DNA from: an uncultured virus (IMG/VR IMGVR_UViG_3300042502_001066) | Taxonomy: Duplodnaviria > Heunggongvirae > Uroviricota > Caudoviricetes | Length of the DNA stretch: 20,000 nucleotides | Direction: 5' to 3' (one strand) | IMG/VR virus record: IMGVR_UViG_3300042502_001066 | Shown: positions 1 to 8,864 of the stretch, piece after piece | Layout of the letters: the number at the start of each line of letters is the position of its first letter | Numbering within the stretch: the first letter of the stretch is position 1 | Notes under the pieces: generated by a model | The model's input: only the letters and a program-made list of their open reading frames with translations | Databases searched by the model: none | Told to the model about the DNA's origin: nothing | Position numbers and translations under genes: made by a program

Positions 1-2
1 TA

Positions 3-854
3 TTTGAGTATCTGACTTCATCTTTTGGTCTTTATGAGGCTAAAGAACCTAATCATGATGCAAGGTTACAGGAACTTTATACTGCAAAAGAAAGAATGGA
101 GGAAATTGAGAAAGAAACAGAAGATAATGAAAATCTGATGGATTTAGAAGCGGTTGAAGAAGAAATTGAAGAACTTGAAAAAAGAATTGACTTATATAAT
201 TTGGTTTATGATTACAAATATTATAGTATGAGAACTTTTTATTTGTTAACTGACGAATTAGAAGAATCAAAAGAAAGATGGGCGGTTGGTGATAATTATA
301 GAACCCACATGTCGGCATATGAAAGAATTGATGAATTGATTGATGATATCGGAATAAAAGGTTTTAATTCTAGTTTTGTTGAAGATTATATTGATATTGA
401 AGAACTTAAGGAAACTTTTAGAGACGATGAAGAAAATAATGTTAGAGAAAACCTTGAAGACTTTTTTGACGAGGAAGATTTTGAATATTCCGACCCGGCA
501 GTTCAAGAAAGGATTGATGAAATTGAATTGTTTTTAGAAGATTCTGAAATAGACCAAGAAAAAAAAGATGAATTAAATGAAGAACTTGATGAGTTAAGAG
601 ATAGTGATAAAACTGTCCCTGAAAATTTAATTGAGGAAAAGGTTGAAGATTTAATTAATGATTTGGTTGATGACCCTGCGAACGTAATTGAAGAATATGG
701 TTTGAATATTGAAAACTTTATAGATATAAAAGGATTTAAAGAAGGGTTAATTCAAACTGACGGTATTGGTCACACACTGAACTCTTACGATGGTGATTAC
801 GATACTATTGAATTTAATGATGAAACATATTACATTTTACAAATAGAAGGGTAA
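3..854 (+). CDS. Highly acidic hypothetical phage protein, 5'-truncated by the window edge
   Basis: The frame of ORF 96..854 is open back to base 3 (FEYLTSSFGLYEAKEPNHDARLQELYTAKERM...); very D/E-rich. Confidence 0.85.
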   Translation, partial: FEYLTSSFGLYEAKEPNHDARLQELYTAKERMEEIEKETEDNENLMDLEAVEEEIEELEKRIDLYNLVYDYKYYSMRTFYLLTDELEESKERWAVGDNYRTHMSAYERIDELIDDIGIKGFNSSFVEDYIDIEELKETFRDDEENNVRENLEDFFDEEDFEYSDPAVQERIDEIELFLEDSEIDQEKKDELNEELDELRDSDKTVPENLIEEKVEDLINDLVDDPANVIEEYGLNIENFIDIKGFKEGLIQTDGIGHTLNSYDGDYDTIEFNDETYYILQIEG

Positions 855-855
855 A

Positions 856-1617
856 ATGGAAACCAAATCAAGAAAAAGAAGAACGAAAAAAAATAATCAT
901 TTCAGATTAACAACCGACTGGTTATTAACAGAACCAATTGACTACGAACACAAATATTATATGTTGATGGACTTTTTAAAGTTCTGTGACGATAAGATTG
1001 AGAAGTTTGAGTTATATCCATTATTTAGTGAAATGTCATTACACTTGGCTAATCTACAAGTGATGTCTTCGGAATTCAAATACATCGTTGTTAATAAGAA
1101 GTTTGAAGTTATTGATGATGAAATACTAATCAATGAACTTAAATTCACACCCATCCCAAAATTAAATGATGATGAGTTGGAAGAATTAAATAAGGTATTA
1201 AAATATGCCGGACCAAAGTTTTTTGAATATTTCAATGTCATCAAAGCTCTTTGGACATTAACATACGACTCGGTTTCAATCAAACACACCAACGAAAATA
1301 AGAAACAGGATTTAGAAAGAGGTTACTTCTTCACACTTAACGGGAACAACAAAAGGATTTGGAAGTATACAACTGGTGGTATTGATACGGTTAAACACGA
1401 CAGTAAATTTGCGGTTCAGTTGATATTTGATGGGGAAAGTAAAAAGGTAATTAGAACAATATTAAATGAATTAACACAAGATATAAGTTTACCCATCTTT
1501 GAATTAATGTCTTCCAACGACCTACCATTTGAAAATACACTCCTACCAATCTTTAAAAGAAAGGTATTAAGTTACATAGTTCAGAAAAAAACAATTGTAA
1601 ATCTAAAAAAAGATTAA
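856..1617 (+). CDS. Hypothetical protein (253 aa)
   Basis: Long ORF starting 1 nt after the upstream stop; no motif recognised. Confidence 0.85.
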   Translation: METKSRKRRTKKNNHFRLTTDWLLTEPIDYEHKYYMLMDFLKFCDDKIEKFELYPLFSEMSLHLANLQVMSSEFKYIVVNKKFEVIDDEILINELKFTPIPKLNDDELEELNKVLKYAGPKFFEYFNVIKALWTLTYDSVSIKHTNENKKQDLERGYFFTLNGNNKRIWKYTTGGIDTVKHDSKFAVQLIFDGESKKVIRTILNELTQDISLPIFELMSSNDLPFENTLLPIFKRKVLSYIVQKKTIVNLKKD

Positions 1618-1625
1618 TATATTTG
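1595..1625 (+). promoter_or_regulatory. Bacteroidota-type housekeeping promoter (TTG ... TATATTTG)
   Basis: TTG at 1595 and TAnnTTTG at 1618-1625; ATG at 1630. Confidence 0.7.
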
Positions 1626-1629
1626 TTAT

Positions 1630-1791
1630 ATGGGATTCAACAAAAAAATAATAGGAGAAGAACAAATCAAAAGTTTAGAAAAAGATTTAACTATTATTAA
1701 TCATTATCTCAAAGCCGATTCAATCATTTTCACAAATAACGACGTTGCCAAAAAATTTAAAGAGTATGAGAAACAATATAGACCCGTATGA
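1630..1791 (+). CDS. Small hypothetical protein (53 aa, MGFNKKIIGEEQ...YRPV)
   Basis: Not in the ORF track; translated by hand. Fills the gap and sits directly behind a promoter. Confidence 0.7.
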   Translation: MGFNKKIIGEEQIKSLEKDLTIINHYLKADSIIFTNNDVAKKFKEYEKQYRPV

Positions 1792-1966
1792 AGTTCTGTT
1801 AAGAAAACTTGAAAAACCAGTTCATATCAATTACATTTGTGATTATATCCTACGAGTTGGAATCGACGAAACAAGAAAACGAATTGAAAAACTTGTAAGT
1901 GAGGGTATACTTGAAGAAAGTAAATATGGAAAAGAATATTATGTCAGAACAAAAAGAAATGGTTAA
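1766..1966 (+). CDS. Small protein, possible winged-helix fold (66 aa)
   Basis: ATG at 1766; 'ETRKRIEKLVSEGILEE...YYV' resembles a wHTH recognition helix plus wing. Confidence 0.6.
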   Translation: MRNNIDPYEVLLRKLEKPVHINYICDYILRVGIDETRKRIEKLVSEGILEESKYGKEYYVRTKRNG

Positions 1967-2168
1967 TCACCCATCACACTATGGTGGTGAAGATAATCCA
2001 TATGAAGCTATCAAAGTCATTGATGCTTGGGGTTTAGATAAAGATTTTTATTTGGGTAATGCGGTCAAATACCTATCACGTGCTGGTAAGAAAGACAATG
2101 TGGTTCAGGACCTGAAGAAAGCTATATGGTATATTGAAAAAAAGATAGAAAAATTACAGAATGATTGA
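1941..2168 (+). CDS. DUF3310 family phage protein (putative nucleotide kinase-like)
   Basis: VNHPSHY...AIKVI...FYLGNAVKYLSRAGKK...DLKKAIWY signature; likely start ATG 1941. Confidence 0.85.
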   Translation: MSEQKEMVNHPSHYGGEDNPYEAIKVIDAWGLDKDFYLGNAVKYLSRAGKKDNVVQDLKKAIWYIEKKIEKLQND

Positions 2169-3018
2169 GAATTATATTAATAAGGTAATCAATGGTGACA
2201 CCATTGATGTAATGAAAGAGATGCCTGAAGGTTGGGTTGATTTAGTTGTAACGTCACCACCATATAATGTGGGTATCCAATACGACACACATAATGATGA
2301 GATTGTTATGGATGAATATTGGGATTGGTCTGAAAAATGGTTAACGGAGGCTTATCGTTTACTTAAAGACGATGGAAGAATGGCTATTAACATACCATAT
2401 GAGGTAAATGTACAAGCTCGTGGTGGTAGAGTATTCTTTGCCTCTGAGATATATCAGGTGATGAAAAAAGTTGGGTTTAAGTTCTACGGTATTGTTGACC
2501 TTGAAGAAGACTCGCCACATAGAAGTAAGACAACTGCTTGGGGTTCTTGGATGAGTCCATCGGCACCTTACATTTATAACCCAAAAGAGTGTGTTATTCT
2601 TGCTTATAAGAAAGTTCATATTAAGAAAATTAAAGGTGAACCACAATGGAAAGGTGAACCTTATCTAACTGAAGAGGGAAAGAACAAAGTTGCTTATTCT
2701 GAACAAGATAAGAAAGAGTTCATGGAATTGGTGTTTGGACAATGGAAATACTTTGCTGACACTCGTTCATTAACAAAGGCAACGTTCTCGATGGATATTC
2801 CCGAAAAGGCAATTAAGATATTATCATATAGAAATGATATTGTTTTAGACCCTTTCAATGGTTCAGGAACCAGTTGTGTGGCAGCAGTTGTTCATGACAG
2901 AAGATGGGTTGGTATTGAATTGAGTGAAAACTATTGTGAAATTGCTAAACAACGAATACAAAGTTTTGTTGACCAAAAGAACCAACAGAAGTTACAATTT
3001 GAAAACGGAGTCCAATAA
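2161..3018 (+). CDS. Orphan N4-C/N6-A DNA methyltransferase, beta class
   Basis: Catalytic TSPPY near the N-terminus and SAM-binding VLDPFNGSGT near the C-terminus; no adjacent REase. Confidence 0.92.
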   Translation: MIENYINKVINGDTIDVMKEMPEGWVDLVVTSPPYNVGIQYDTHNDEIVMDEYWDWSEKWLTEAYRLLKDDGRMAINIPYEVNVQARGGRVFFASEIYQVMKKVGFKFYGIVDLEEDSPHRSKTTAWGSWMSPSAPYIYNPKECVILAYKKVHIKKIKGEPQWKGEPYLTEEGKNKVAYSEQDKKEFMELVFGQWKYFADTRSLTKATFSMDIPEKAIKILSYRNDIVLDPFNGSGTSCVAAVVHDRRWVGIELSENYCEIAKQRIQSFVDQKNQQKLQFENGVQ

Positions 3019-3031
3019 ACTCCGTTTTTTT
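3002..3031 (+). terminator. Intrinsic terminator
   Basis: AAAACGGAGT / ACTCCGTTTT stem followed by a T-run. Confidence 0.8.
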
Positions 3032-3063
3032 ATTTATTTGTATATTTATAATTAAATGTTATT

Positions 3064-3435
3064 ATGAAAAATTCGGAAGTTGTTAAATTTTTACTAGAAA
3101 CACAAACTCAGTTTAGAATACTACACTGGCAAACAAAATCATTCTCAAGACATGAGGCTTATGGGCGTATTTATGATTCACTTGATGATTTGATTGATAA
3201 GTTTGTTGAAGTTTGTATGGGTAAACACGGAAGACCTAGTTTTACAGGCGGTTATACATTAGCGGGTAGAGATATTGAAGAACTTGAGTTAACTGAGTTT
3301 ATTAATTTAGTATGTGAATACTTGGTGGGATTGTCTGAAAGCTACGACCCAAAGATGGACTCAGATTTATTAAACATTAGAGACGAAATGTTAGCGGAAA
3401 TTAACCAGTTGAAATACTTGTTAACTTTAAAATAG
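3064..3435 (+). CDS. Ferritin/Dps-like four-helix protein (DUF5856-like)
   Basis: LHWQT...HEAYGRIYDSLDDLIDKFVE...NIRDEMLAEINQLKYLLTLK pattern. Confidence 0.8.
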   Translation: MKNSEVVKFLLETQTQFRILHWQTKSFSRHEAYGRIYDSLDDLIDKFVEVCMGKHGRPSFTGGYTLAGRDIEELELTEFINLVCEYLVGLSESYDPKMDSDLLNIRDEMLAEINQLKYLLTLK

Positions 3436-3457
3436 AGGTATATTACTTTTTTACTTT

Positions 3458-3490
3458 AAAAGGTTCATCGTAATGATGAACTTTTTTTTT
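3458..3490 (+). terminator. Intrinsic terminator
   Basis: AAAAGGTTCATC-GTAAT-GATGAACTTTT followed by a long T-run. Confidence 0.8.
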
Positions 3491-3509
3491 GTTATAATAT
3501 TTATTATTA

Positions 3510-4916
3510 ATGAAAAAGATAATTTCTGAAGGTGGTATTAGAAACATAAAAGAACTTTCTAATAGATACAGCAAAGCGAAGATATACTTTCACCAAGATT
3601 TAGATGGTGTTGCAACTGCATTAGCAATGAAAAAGTATTTGGAAGACAATGGAATTAAAGTTGTTGATGTTGAAGTAATCCAATACGGAGATAAAGAATT
3701 TGCGGTTAAGAAGGCGGATGCTGAAGGTGAAATTATGCCAGTTCTTGTTGACTTTGCTCACGGAAAACCAATGTTCGTGGTTCATACCGACCACCACGAC
3801 AGACAAGCCGGAGCTGACGAAACTAAGTCAACTCAGTTCAGAGGGGCTCGTTCAAATGTTGAAACTCTTTCACAGATTGTCCCGGCTTCTGAAATTTTCA
3901 CACCAGAAGATGTTGCGACAATATCTATGGTTGATAGTGCTGATTACGCTTCCAAAAACATTACACCTGAAATGGTGATGAATTATGTTTATGGTACATC
4001 AAAAGAAAAGAGTGCTAAAGAAAATAGAATGTTATTAGGTTTGGTTACCAACAAATTATTGTTGGCTTTCAAAAGTAAACCAGGATTTTTAGAGACATTA
4101 GTATTAGATTGTAAACCTTCACTTCTTTCAATCTTCAATAAGATTAAGGAATTAATGAAGACAAACAGATATGCTGATATATCTTCATTAGAGAAAAACA
4201 AAGAAGATTACGTTCAGACAATGAAAGGACATAAGAATGTTCAGGTTAAAGATAATATCATCGTTCAGTATGGTGGTGGAAGTATGATGAGACCTGGTTC
4301 ATATGATAGATATACCCCATTTAGAAACAACCCTGATGCTGACTTCCTTGTTATTGCTTGGCCACTTGGTTTATTACAGGCATCATGTAACCCTTTTAAA
4401 AAAGAAAGAGAACTTAAAGGTGTTAACTTGGGAGAGATTGCTCAAGAAGTATTGGGACATTGGGAATCACAATTAAAAGAAAAACAAGTCCCATTATCAA
4501 CAATCAAGTGGGTTTCTGAAACTGCTGCGAAAGAAGAATCAGTTGGATTTACCTTTAAGGATTTTGCTGCAATATACGGAGACAAATACTTGGATGAGAA
4601 AGATGGTGTTAAAACACTTATGGATATTAAATCTTTGATGGAAAAGAAATCAACTGAACTGACTGAAGAAGAATGGAGTGTTTTAGATGGTGTTACCGTT
4701 CCTGTATGGGAAGTTATCCAAGCCAATTCAGGTGGACACAAGTGTATTACAAATATATCAGGATTAAACTATATTGGAAGAAGTAAGAGACCACCACAAG
4801 GTAAGTACAAGTATGAGTCTGAAAAAGAAGATTCACCTTATATTAAATTCTTAAAGATGTTACAGAATAGATTTGTTAGTGTCCTACAAGAAAAAATTGA
4901 GTCTTCAAAGAATTGA
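3510..4916 (+). CDS. DHH-family phosphoesterase-like protein
   Basis: HQDLDG, VDFAH, TDHH and C-terminal SGGH motifs. Confidence 0.8.
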   Translation: MKKIISEGGIRNIKELSNRYSKAKIYFHQDLDGVATALAMKKYLEDNGIKVVDVEVIQYGDKEFAVKKADAEGEIMPVLVDFAHGKPMFVVHTDHHDRQAGADETKSTQFRGARSNVETLSQIVPASEIFTPEDVATISMVDSADYASKNITPEMVMNYVYGTSKEKSAKENRMLLGLVTNKLLLAFKSKPGFLETLVLDCKPSLLSIFNKIKELMKTNRYADISSLEKNKEDYVQTMKGHKNVQVKDNIIVQYGGGSMMRPGSYDRYTPFRNNPDADFLVIAWPLGLLQASCNPFKKERELKGVNLGEIAQEVLGHWESQLKEKQVPLSTIKWVSETAAKEESVGFTFKDFAAIYGDKYLDEKDGVKTLMDIKSLMEKKSTELTEEEWSVLDGVTVPVWEVIQANSGGHKCITNISGLNYIGRSKRPPQGKYKYESEKEDSPYIKFLKMLQNRFVSVLQEKIESSKN

Positions 4917-4921
4917 GTTAT

Positions 4922-5413
4922 TCACAATTTTTTATAGAAAAAATCCTTAAACCCATTTGTTTGGTGTACTTTGTACCCATGTTTTTTGTTTAACTCTTGT
5001 GATGCCTCATTTTTTAAACTGACTATTGAAGTTGCGTAATCAAAACCCCTAGATTTGGCAATTTCATGACATTCATTTTTTAGAATGTCGGCATATCCTC
5101 TGTTTCTATGATTTTCATCCACAAATAAACTATGTAAATAAACGGAGTTTTTACCATTAAAAAAATTATCGTCACACATCTCTCTACAATATTCCGTCTT
5201 TTTATTATTAAATCTATTAATATCAGGGTCCAACCCAATTGATGAATCATAGTCAAGTACATTAGTACTACCAATCATATTTTTGTCCTTATCGTAAAGA
5301 CATATTCTTAAACCTGGACTTACACTCAAATCGCCCTCAAAAATAATTTCAGGTTGGTTAATCGACTCAAGAACCAATTTTTTTAAAATAGAAATTTGAG
5401 AAAGTCTTTTCAT
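4922..5413 (-). CDS. GNAT acetyltransferase
   Basis: LFVDENHRNRGYA acetyl-CoA motif A and N-x-AS...KKHGY motif B. Confidence 0.85.
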   Translation of the reverse strand: MKRLSQISILKKLVLESINQPEIIFEGDLSVSPGLRICLYDKDKNMIGSTNVLDYDSSIGLDPDINRFNNKKTEYCREMCDDNFFNGKNSVYLHSLFVDENHRNRGYADILKNECHEIAKSRGFDYATSIVSLKNEASQELNKKHGYKVHQTNGFKDFFYKKL

Positions 5414-5449
5414 TAGTTAGTTTTCACCTATTTATAAATATAAGTATAT

Positions 5450-5483
5450 ATGAAACAAAGTGCGGGAATAATTGTAAAAGTAA
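5450..5483 (+). repeat. Direct repeat: copy of the first 34 nt of the NUDIX gene (5864-5897)
   Basis: ATGAAACAAAGTGCGGGAATAATTGTAAAAGTAA vs ATGAAACAAAGTGCAGGAATAATTGTAAAAGTAA; one mismatch. Confidence 0.9.
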
Positions 5484-5489
5484 GAAAGT

Positions 5490-5843
5490 TTAAACTTTAA
5501 TTAAAAACTTACAGATATCACCTTCTTCAATATTTTCATCTTGACAACGACCACCTTCTATTTCTAAAACATAGGTTCCAGAACCTTCGTAACTTTGACA
5601 AAGTTCATCTTCACATGGTTCACAGTTGTGGTGTATTTTTGTTATCTTATAGTTTTCATCTATAAAGATAATATCCAAAGGAATAATACAGTTCATCATC
5701 CAAAAACTGTGTTCACCTTTACCCATTAAAAATAGCATACCATCAAATCCGATAAATTCACGACCTATCATCCCTCTTTGAGTTTCAGATTTGGTTTTAC
5801 AAACTTTGACTTTAAAAATTTCTTTATTTATTATTACAAACAT
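5490..5843 (-). CDS. DUF192 family protein
   Basis: RGM...GMLF...FWMMNCIIPLDIIFID...YVLEI.GG signature. Confidence 0.88.
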   Translation of the reverse strand: MFVIINKEIFKVKVCKTKSETQRGMIGREFIGFDGMLFLMGKGEHSFWMMNCIIPLDIIFIDENYKITKIHHNCEPCEDELCQSYEGSGTYVLEIEGGRCQDENIEEGDICKFLIKV

Positions 5844-5863
5844 AGTTATATATAAATAGTATT

Positions 5864-6274
5864 ATGAAACAAAGTGCAGGAATAATTGTAAAAGTAAATA
5901 ACAGATGTTTAGTTTGTAAGAGAGCTGTCGAAATTAATGAACCATCAAAATGGGCAATACCTATGGGTGGTATAGAAGAAGGTGAAGACCCAAAGGATGC
6001 TGCGTATAGAGAGTTCTATGAAGAGATGGGTGTTAGTGTTGATGGTGTCATTAAACCTTTATCTAGAATTAATCGTTATAATAAGTTAGGACAGGTAAAA
6101 ACAATTTTACATGTCTTTATTTTTAAAACCGATACTGAAATCATTCCGGATTTAGATGGAGCAGCGGATGGTTTTGAACACACAGAGTGCGCTTATATGA
6201 CTTTAGAAGAAATTAAAGGACTTAATATGTCATCAGGTATTAAGGAAGTTTTAACTGATGTGTTAAACTTTTGA
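5864..6274 (+). CDS. NUDIX hydrolase
   Basis: Nudix box GGIEEGEDPKDAAYREFYEEMG. Confidence 0.92.
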   Translation: MKQSAGIIVKVNNRCLVCKRAVEINEPSKWAIPMGGIEEGEDPKDAAYREFYEEMGVSVDGVIKPLSRINRYNKLGQVKTILHVFIFKTDTEIIPDLDGAADGFEHTECAYMTLEEIKGLNMSSGIKEVLTDVLNF

Positions 6275-6292
6275 TTTTTTTGATATATTTAT

Positions 6293-6435
6293 TTGACACT
6301 ACGGAATATTCGCCGTAAGTTTGTAAAAGATTTAACACTCATAGGGGATGAAAGATACTCGGTAGTTAAATCAAAAAAAAAGTTCACAAACTACTTGACA
6401 GAAAGAAAAAAAAGTCGTAAGTTTGTAAAAGATTT
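6293..6435 (+). promoter_or_regulatory. Tandem promoters P1/P2 (TTGACA-17 nt-TAAGTTTG)
   Basis: TTGACA at 6293 and 6395; TAAGTTTG at 6316 and 6418; identical 20-mer CGTAAGTTTGTAAAAGATTT at 6314-6333 and 6416-6435. Confidence 0.8.
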
Positions 6436-6507
6436 GAGATGAAGAGGTTGTAAAGATTCCTACTTCGGTAGGTTGTAAAGATTCCTCCTTCTTCTCTTTT
6501 TGAAAAA

Positions 6508-6521
6508 GCGTTCTTTGAAAC
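6508..6521 (+). promoter_or_regulatory. boxA-like antitermination element
   Basis: GCGTTCTTTGAAAC resembles rrn boxA; the same GTTCTTTGA core precedes the tRNA array. Confidence 0.6.
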
Positions 6522-6524
6522 AAA

Positions 6525-7420
6525 AAGATTATCCGTTCAGGAAACACAAAGTGTCGGTGATATTATCCACCGAGTAAATGGCAGAAAGTCCGCAGCTTGA
6601 GTGTAACTGATAAACGATAATGGGCCGTGTATGGTCCTTAAATAAACTACGAAAGTAGGATAAAGTGGTCTCCCCTGTGTTGAGGAGACTGCGGTTTGAA
6701 ACCCCGTAAGGGGAATTGAACTCAAGTACACAAGTGGGATATCACCACACCGTAAGTACCGAGGATAACTTCGTAGGGAAAATGGTTGGGTGACTTGGGA
6801 AAGTAGATTCTCAAGTTGAGTTCGGAAGAACGATAAGAATAACCCATAGGAACTCTGTAAGAAATGTGACCATCCAGTTACACTATTGCGGGTCCCAATA
6901 TGATAGAGGACTTAAAACCGAAAGGTAAGATGGAGAACGAGTGGTGTCGCTACTATCCCTAAGGAAGACCTACCAAGGTCTCTTTATGAAGTAATCTTGA
7001 AATATGGAGGTGGGGACACTTCACGGAGTAGTTTAGTATTCTGTCGCTCAAAAGGAGACAGAGCTTATGTTGGACCACTACTCTGACACATCTACAACAC
7101 AACCCTAAAATTATTACAAAATAACAAAGGAAAAGTGTCCATCAGGTTTGAGTGAAAGGTGACTACATAGTAATGAGCCGTTCATTGCATACAGAGACCC
7201 CAAGTCAATGTGTATTGTTAAGAAAAACCTTTAGTCCCGCAAGGACGAACTGGGGTGGCAACCTCGGAAAGAGTTAAGTACTGATAGAGTAATTCAAACC
7301 TCAAGGAGTGGTACACCTAAAATACCGTCACTAAGAAATACTACCCAAAAGGTGGTGGATACGAAGGGAAACAATAATCCTTCAAAAGTTTCTTAACATA
7401 AGCTGTAATCTCAGGCTTTT
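6525..7420 (+). ncRNA. Large (~900 nt) ornate structured ncRNA, GOLLD-like; boundaries approximate
   Basis: No credible ORF and higher GC than flanks. Many GNRA-capped hairpins (CTAC-GAAA-GTAG, CCCC-GTAA-GGGG, ACC-GAAA-GGT, CC-GCAA-GG). Has its own promoters and terminator. The family call is inferred from size and phage/tRNA context. Confidence 0.75.
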
Positions 7421-7428
7421 CTAATCTG

Positions 7429-7452
7429 ACCTGTCAATTGACGGGTTTTTTT
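7429..7452 (+). terminator. Intrinsic terminator of the large ncRNA
   Basis: ACCTGTC-AATT-GACGGGT followed by a T-run. Confidence 0.8.
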
Positions 7453-7473
7453 ATTTATAGATACTTATAAACT

Positions 7474-7698
7474 ATGACAATATTAGAAAATCTTAAAGAG
7501 GTATTACCATCATGGGCGGTGGTAACACAAAAGGAACTACCATATAAGATGGAGTATGAGATTAGACTTCAACCTACTTTGGATGAAGATGAACATTTTG
7601 CTTTAACACCAAAACTTAAAGAAGCTTGTCAGGGTAAGTTTATGGAAAGATACACTGTAGATATTGGTGAACACTTTTATATTTATACAAAAAAGTAA
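7474..7698 (+). CDS. Hypothetical protein (74 aa)
   Basis: ORF with a TACTTAT motif starting 12 nt before the ATG. Confidence 0.75.
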   Translation: MTILENLKEVLPSWAVVTQKELPYKMEYEIRLQPTLDEDEHFALTPKLKEACQGKFMERYTVDIGEHFYIYTKK

Positions 7699-7700
7699 TC

Positions 7701-7886
7701 ATGATACCTAAAGAGATTAAAGAATTAGTTAACAAATACCCAAACAATTACGAGTTAGGTGAAGAAGTTAGAAAATATTATCACAAAAATAAACAGAAAG
7801 AAAATTTTAATTCTGGTGTTCTGTGGATTGGGGTTTTATTCTTTTTTATATTTGCTTCACTCTTGACTTGGATTATAACCGTTTAA
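7701..7886 (+). CDS. Small membrane protein with a C-terminal TM helix
   Basis: GVLWIGVLFFFIFASLLTWIITV hydrophobic tail; immediately upstream of the endolysin. Confidence 0.7.
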   Translation: MIPKEIKELVNKYPNNYELGEEVRKYYHKNKQKENFNSGVLWIGVLFFFIFASLLTWIITV

Positions 7887-7926
7887 TTTCCTGACTTTAA
7901 ACATATTTATAATAAAATTATAAATT

Positions 7927-8772
7927 ATGTTACTAAAAGTTGGGTCTAAAGGAGAAGACGTTAAACAACTCCAAGCAAAATTAGGATTAACTGCCGATGG
8001 TTCATTCGGTCCTAACACAGAGAAAAAAGTTAAAGAATGGCAAGCGGCTAACGGAATAACCGCTGACGGAATCGTTGGGCCAGGAACTTGGTCTAAAATG
8101 TTCGGAGCGACAACTCAACCTGTTCAACCAGCACAAGTGGTTAAAGAAGATGTTGTTATTCCAACAAGTTCTGAGTTCAAATTACAAAATCTAAAAGGAC
8201 ATATTCCTGACGCAGTGATTGCTCAAATCCCTGAAACTGCTAAAAAATTCAATATCACTAACCCATTAAGATTAGCTCATTTCTTGGCTCAGTGTGGACA
8301 CGAGTCAGGTGGGTTTAAAGCTGTTTCTGAGAACCTTAACTATTCTGCTGACGGACTTAAGAAAATCTTTGGTAAGTATTTCCCTGGTAACTTAAACGAG
8401 TCATATGCTCGTCAACCTGAAAAGATTGCTTCACGTGTTTATGGAAGTAGAATGGGTAATGGTGATGAGTCAACAGGTGAAGGTTTTAAATTCCGTGGAA
8501 GAGGATATATCCAGTTGACTGGTAAACAAAACTATACAAACTTCGCTAAGTTCATTGGTGAAGATACTGTGTCTAATCCTGATTTAGTTGCTACCAAATA
8601 TCCTTTAGCCTCTGCGGCGTTCTTCTTTGATTCAAACAAACTTTGGTCAATCTGTGATAAGGGTTCTGATGTTGCAACTGTCACGGCAGTTACAAAACGA
8701 GTTAATGGCGGGGTTATAGGGCTCACTGACAGAATAAAACACTTCAACGAGTATTACAACCTACTTAAATAA
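7927..8772 (+). CDS. Endolysin: peptidoglycan-binding domain plus glycoside hydrolase family 19
   Basis: LKVGSKGEDVKQLQ...ADG.FGP.T...WQ...ADGIVGPGT; HFLAQCGHESGGF, ENLNYS, FRGRGYIQLTGK.NY, TKRVNGG. Confidence 0.93.
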   Translation: MLLKVGSKGEDVKQLQAKLGLTADGSFGPNTEKKVKEWQAANGITADGIVGPGTWSKMFGATTQPVQPAQVVKEDVVIPTSSEFKLQNLKGHIPDAVIAQIPETAKKFNITNPLRLAHFLAQCGHESGGFKAVSENLNYSADGLKKIFGKYFPGNLNESYARQPEKIASRVYGSRMGNGDESTGEGFKFRGRGYIQLTGKQNYTNFAKFIGEDTVSNPDLVATKYPLASAAFFFDSNKLWSICDKGSDVATVTAVTKRVNGGVIGLTDRIKHFNEYYNLLK

Positions 8773-8775
8773 TCT

Positions 8776-8801
8776 AAGCCCCCTTGAAAAAGGGGGTTTT
8801 T
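8776..8801 (+). terminator. Intrinsic terminator
   Basis: AAGCCCCCTT-GAAA-AAGGGGGTTT followed by T's. Confidence 0.85.
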
Positions 8802-8864
8802 GATTAATGTGTTGATTATGTAATTCAATTATTCTATTATTACCTAAACATAAAAAAACAAACT

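Noticed and set aside
6314..6486. CRISPR array, suggested by short direct repeats
   Set aside because: Only two copies each of two different repeats, explained by tandem promoters and a leader hairpin; no cas genes.
6537..6731. 64-aa minus-strand ORF
   Set aside because: Antisense to the large structured RNA; no supporting signals.
6580..7070. RNase P RNA, suggested by GAAAGTCCG at ~6584
   Set aside because: No matching 3' CGGCUU strand to form P4 was found, and the unit is about twice the usual length.
7170..7230. Group II intron domain V, suggested by GAGCCG
   Set aside because: No DV hairpin with a complementary CGGUUC, no interrupted gene and no RT ORF.
7701..7886. Holin call for the small membrane protein
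   Set aside because: Only a single TM helix and adjacency support it, and the endolysin has its own promoter motif; insufficient evidence.
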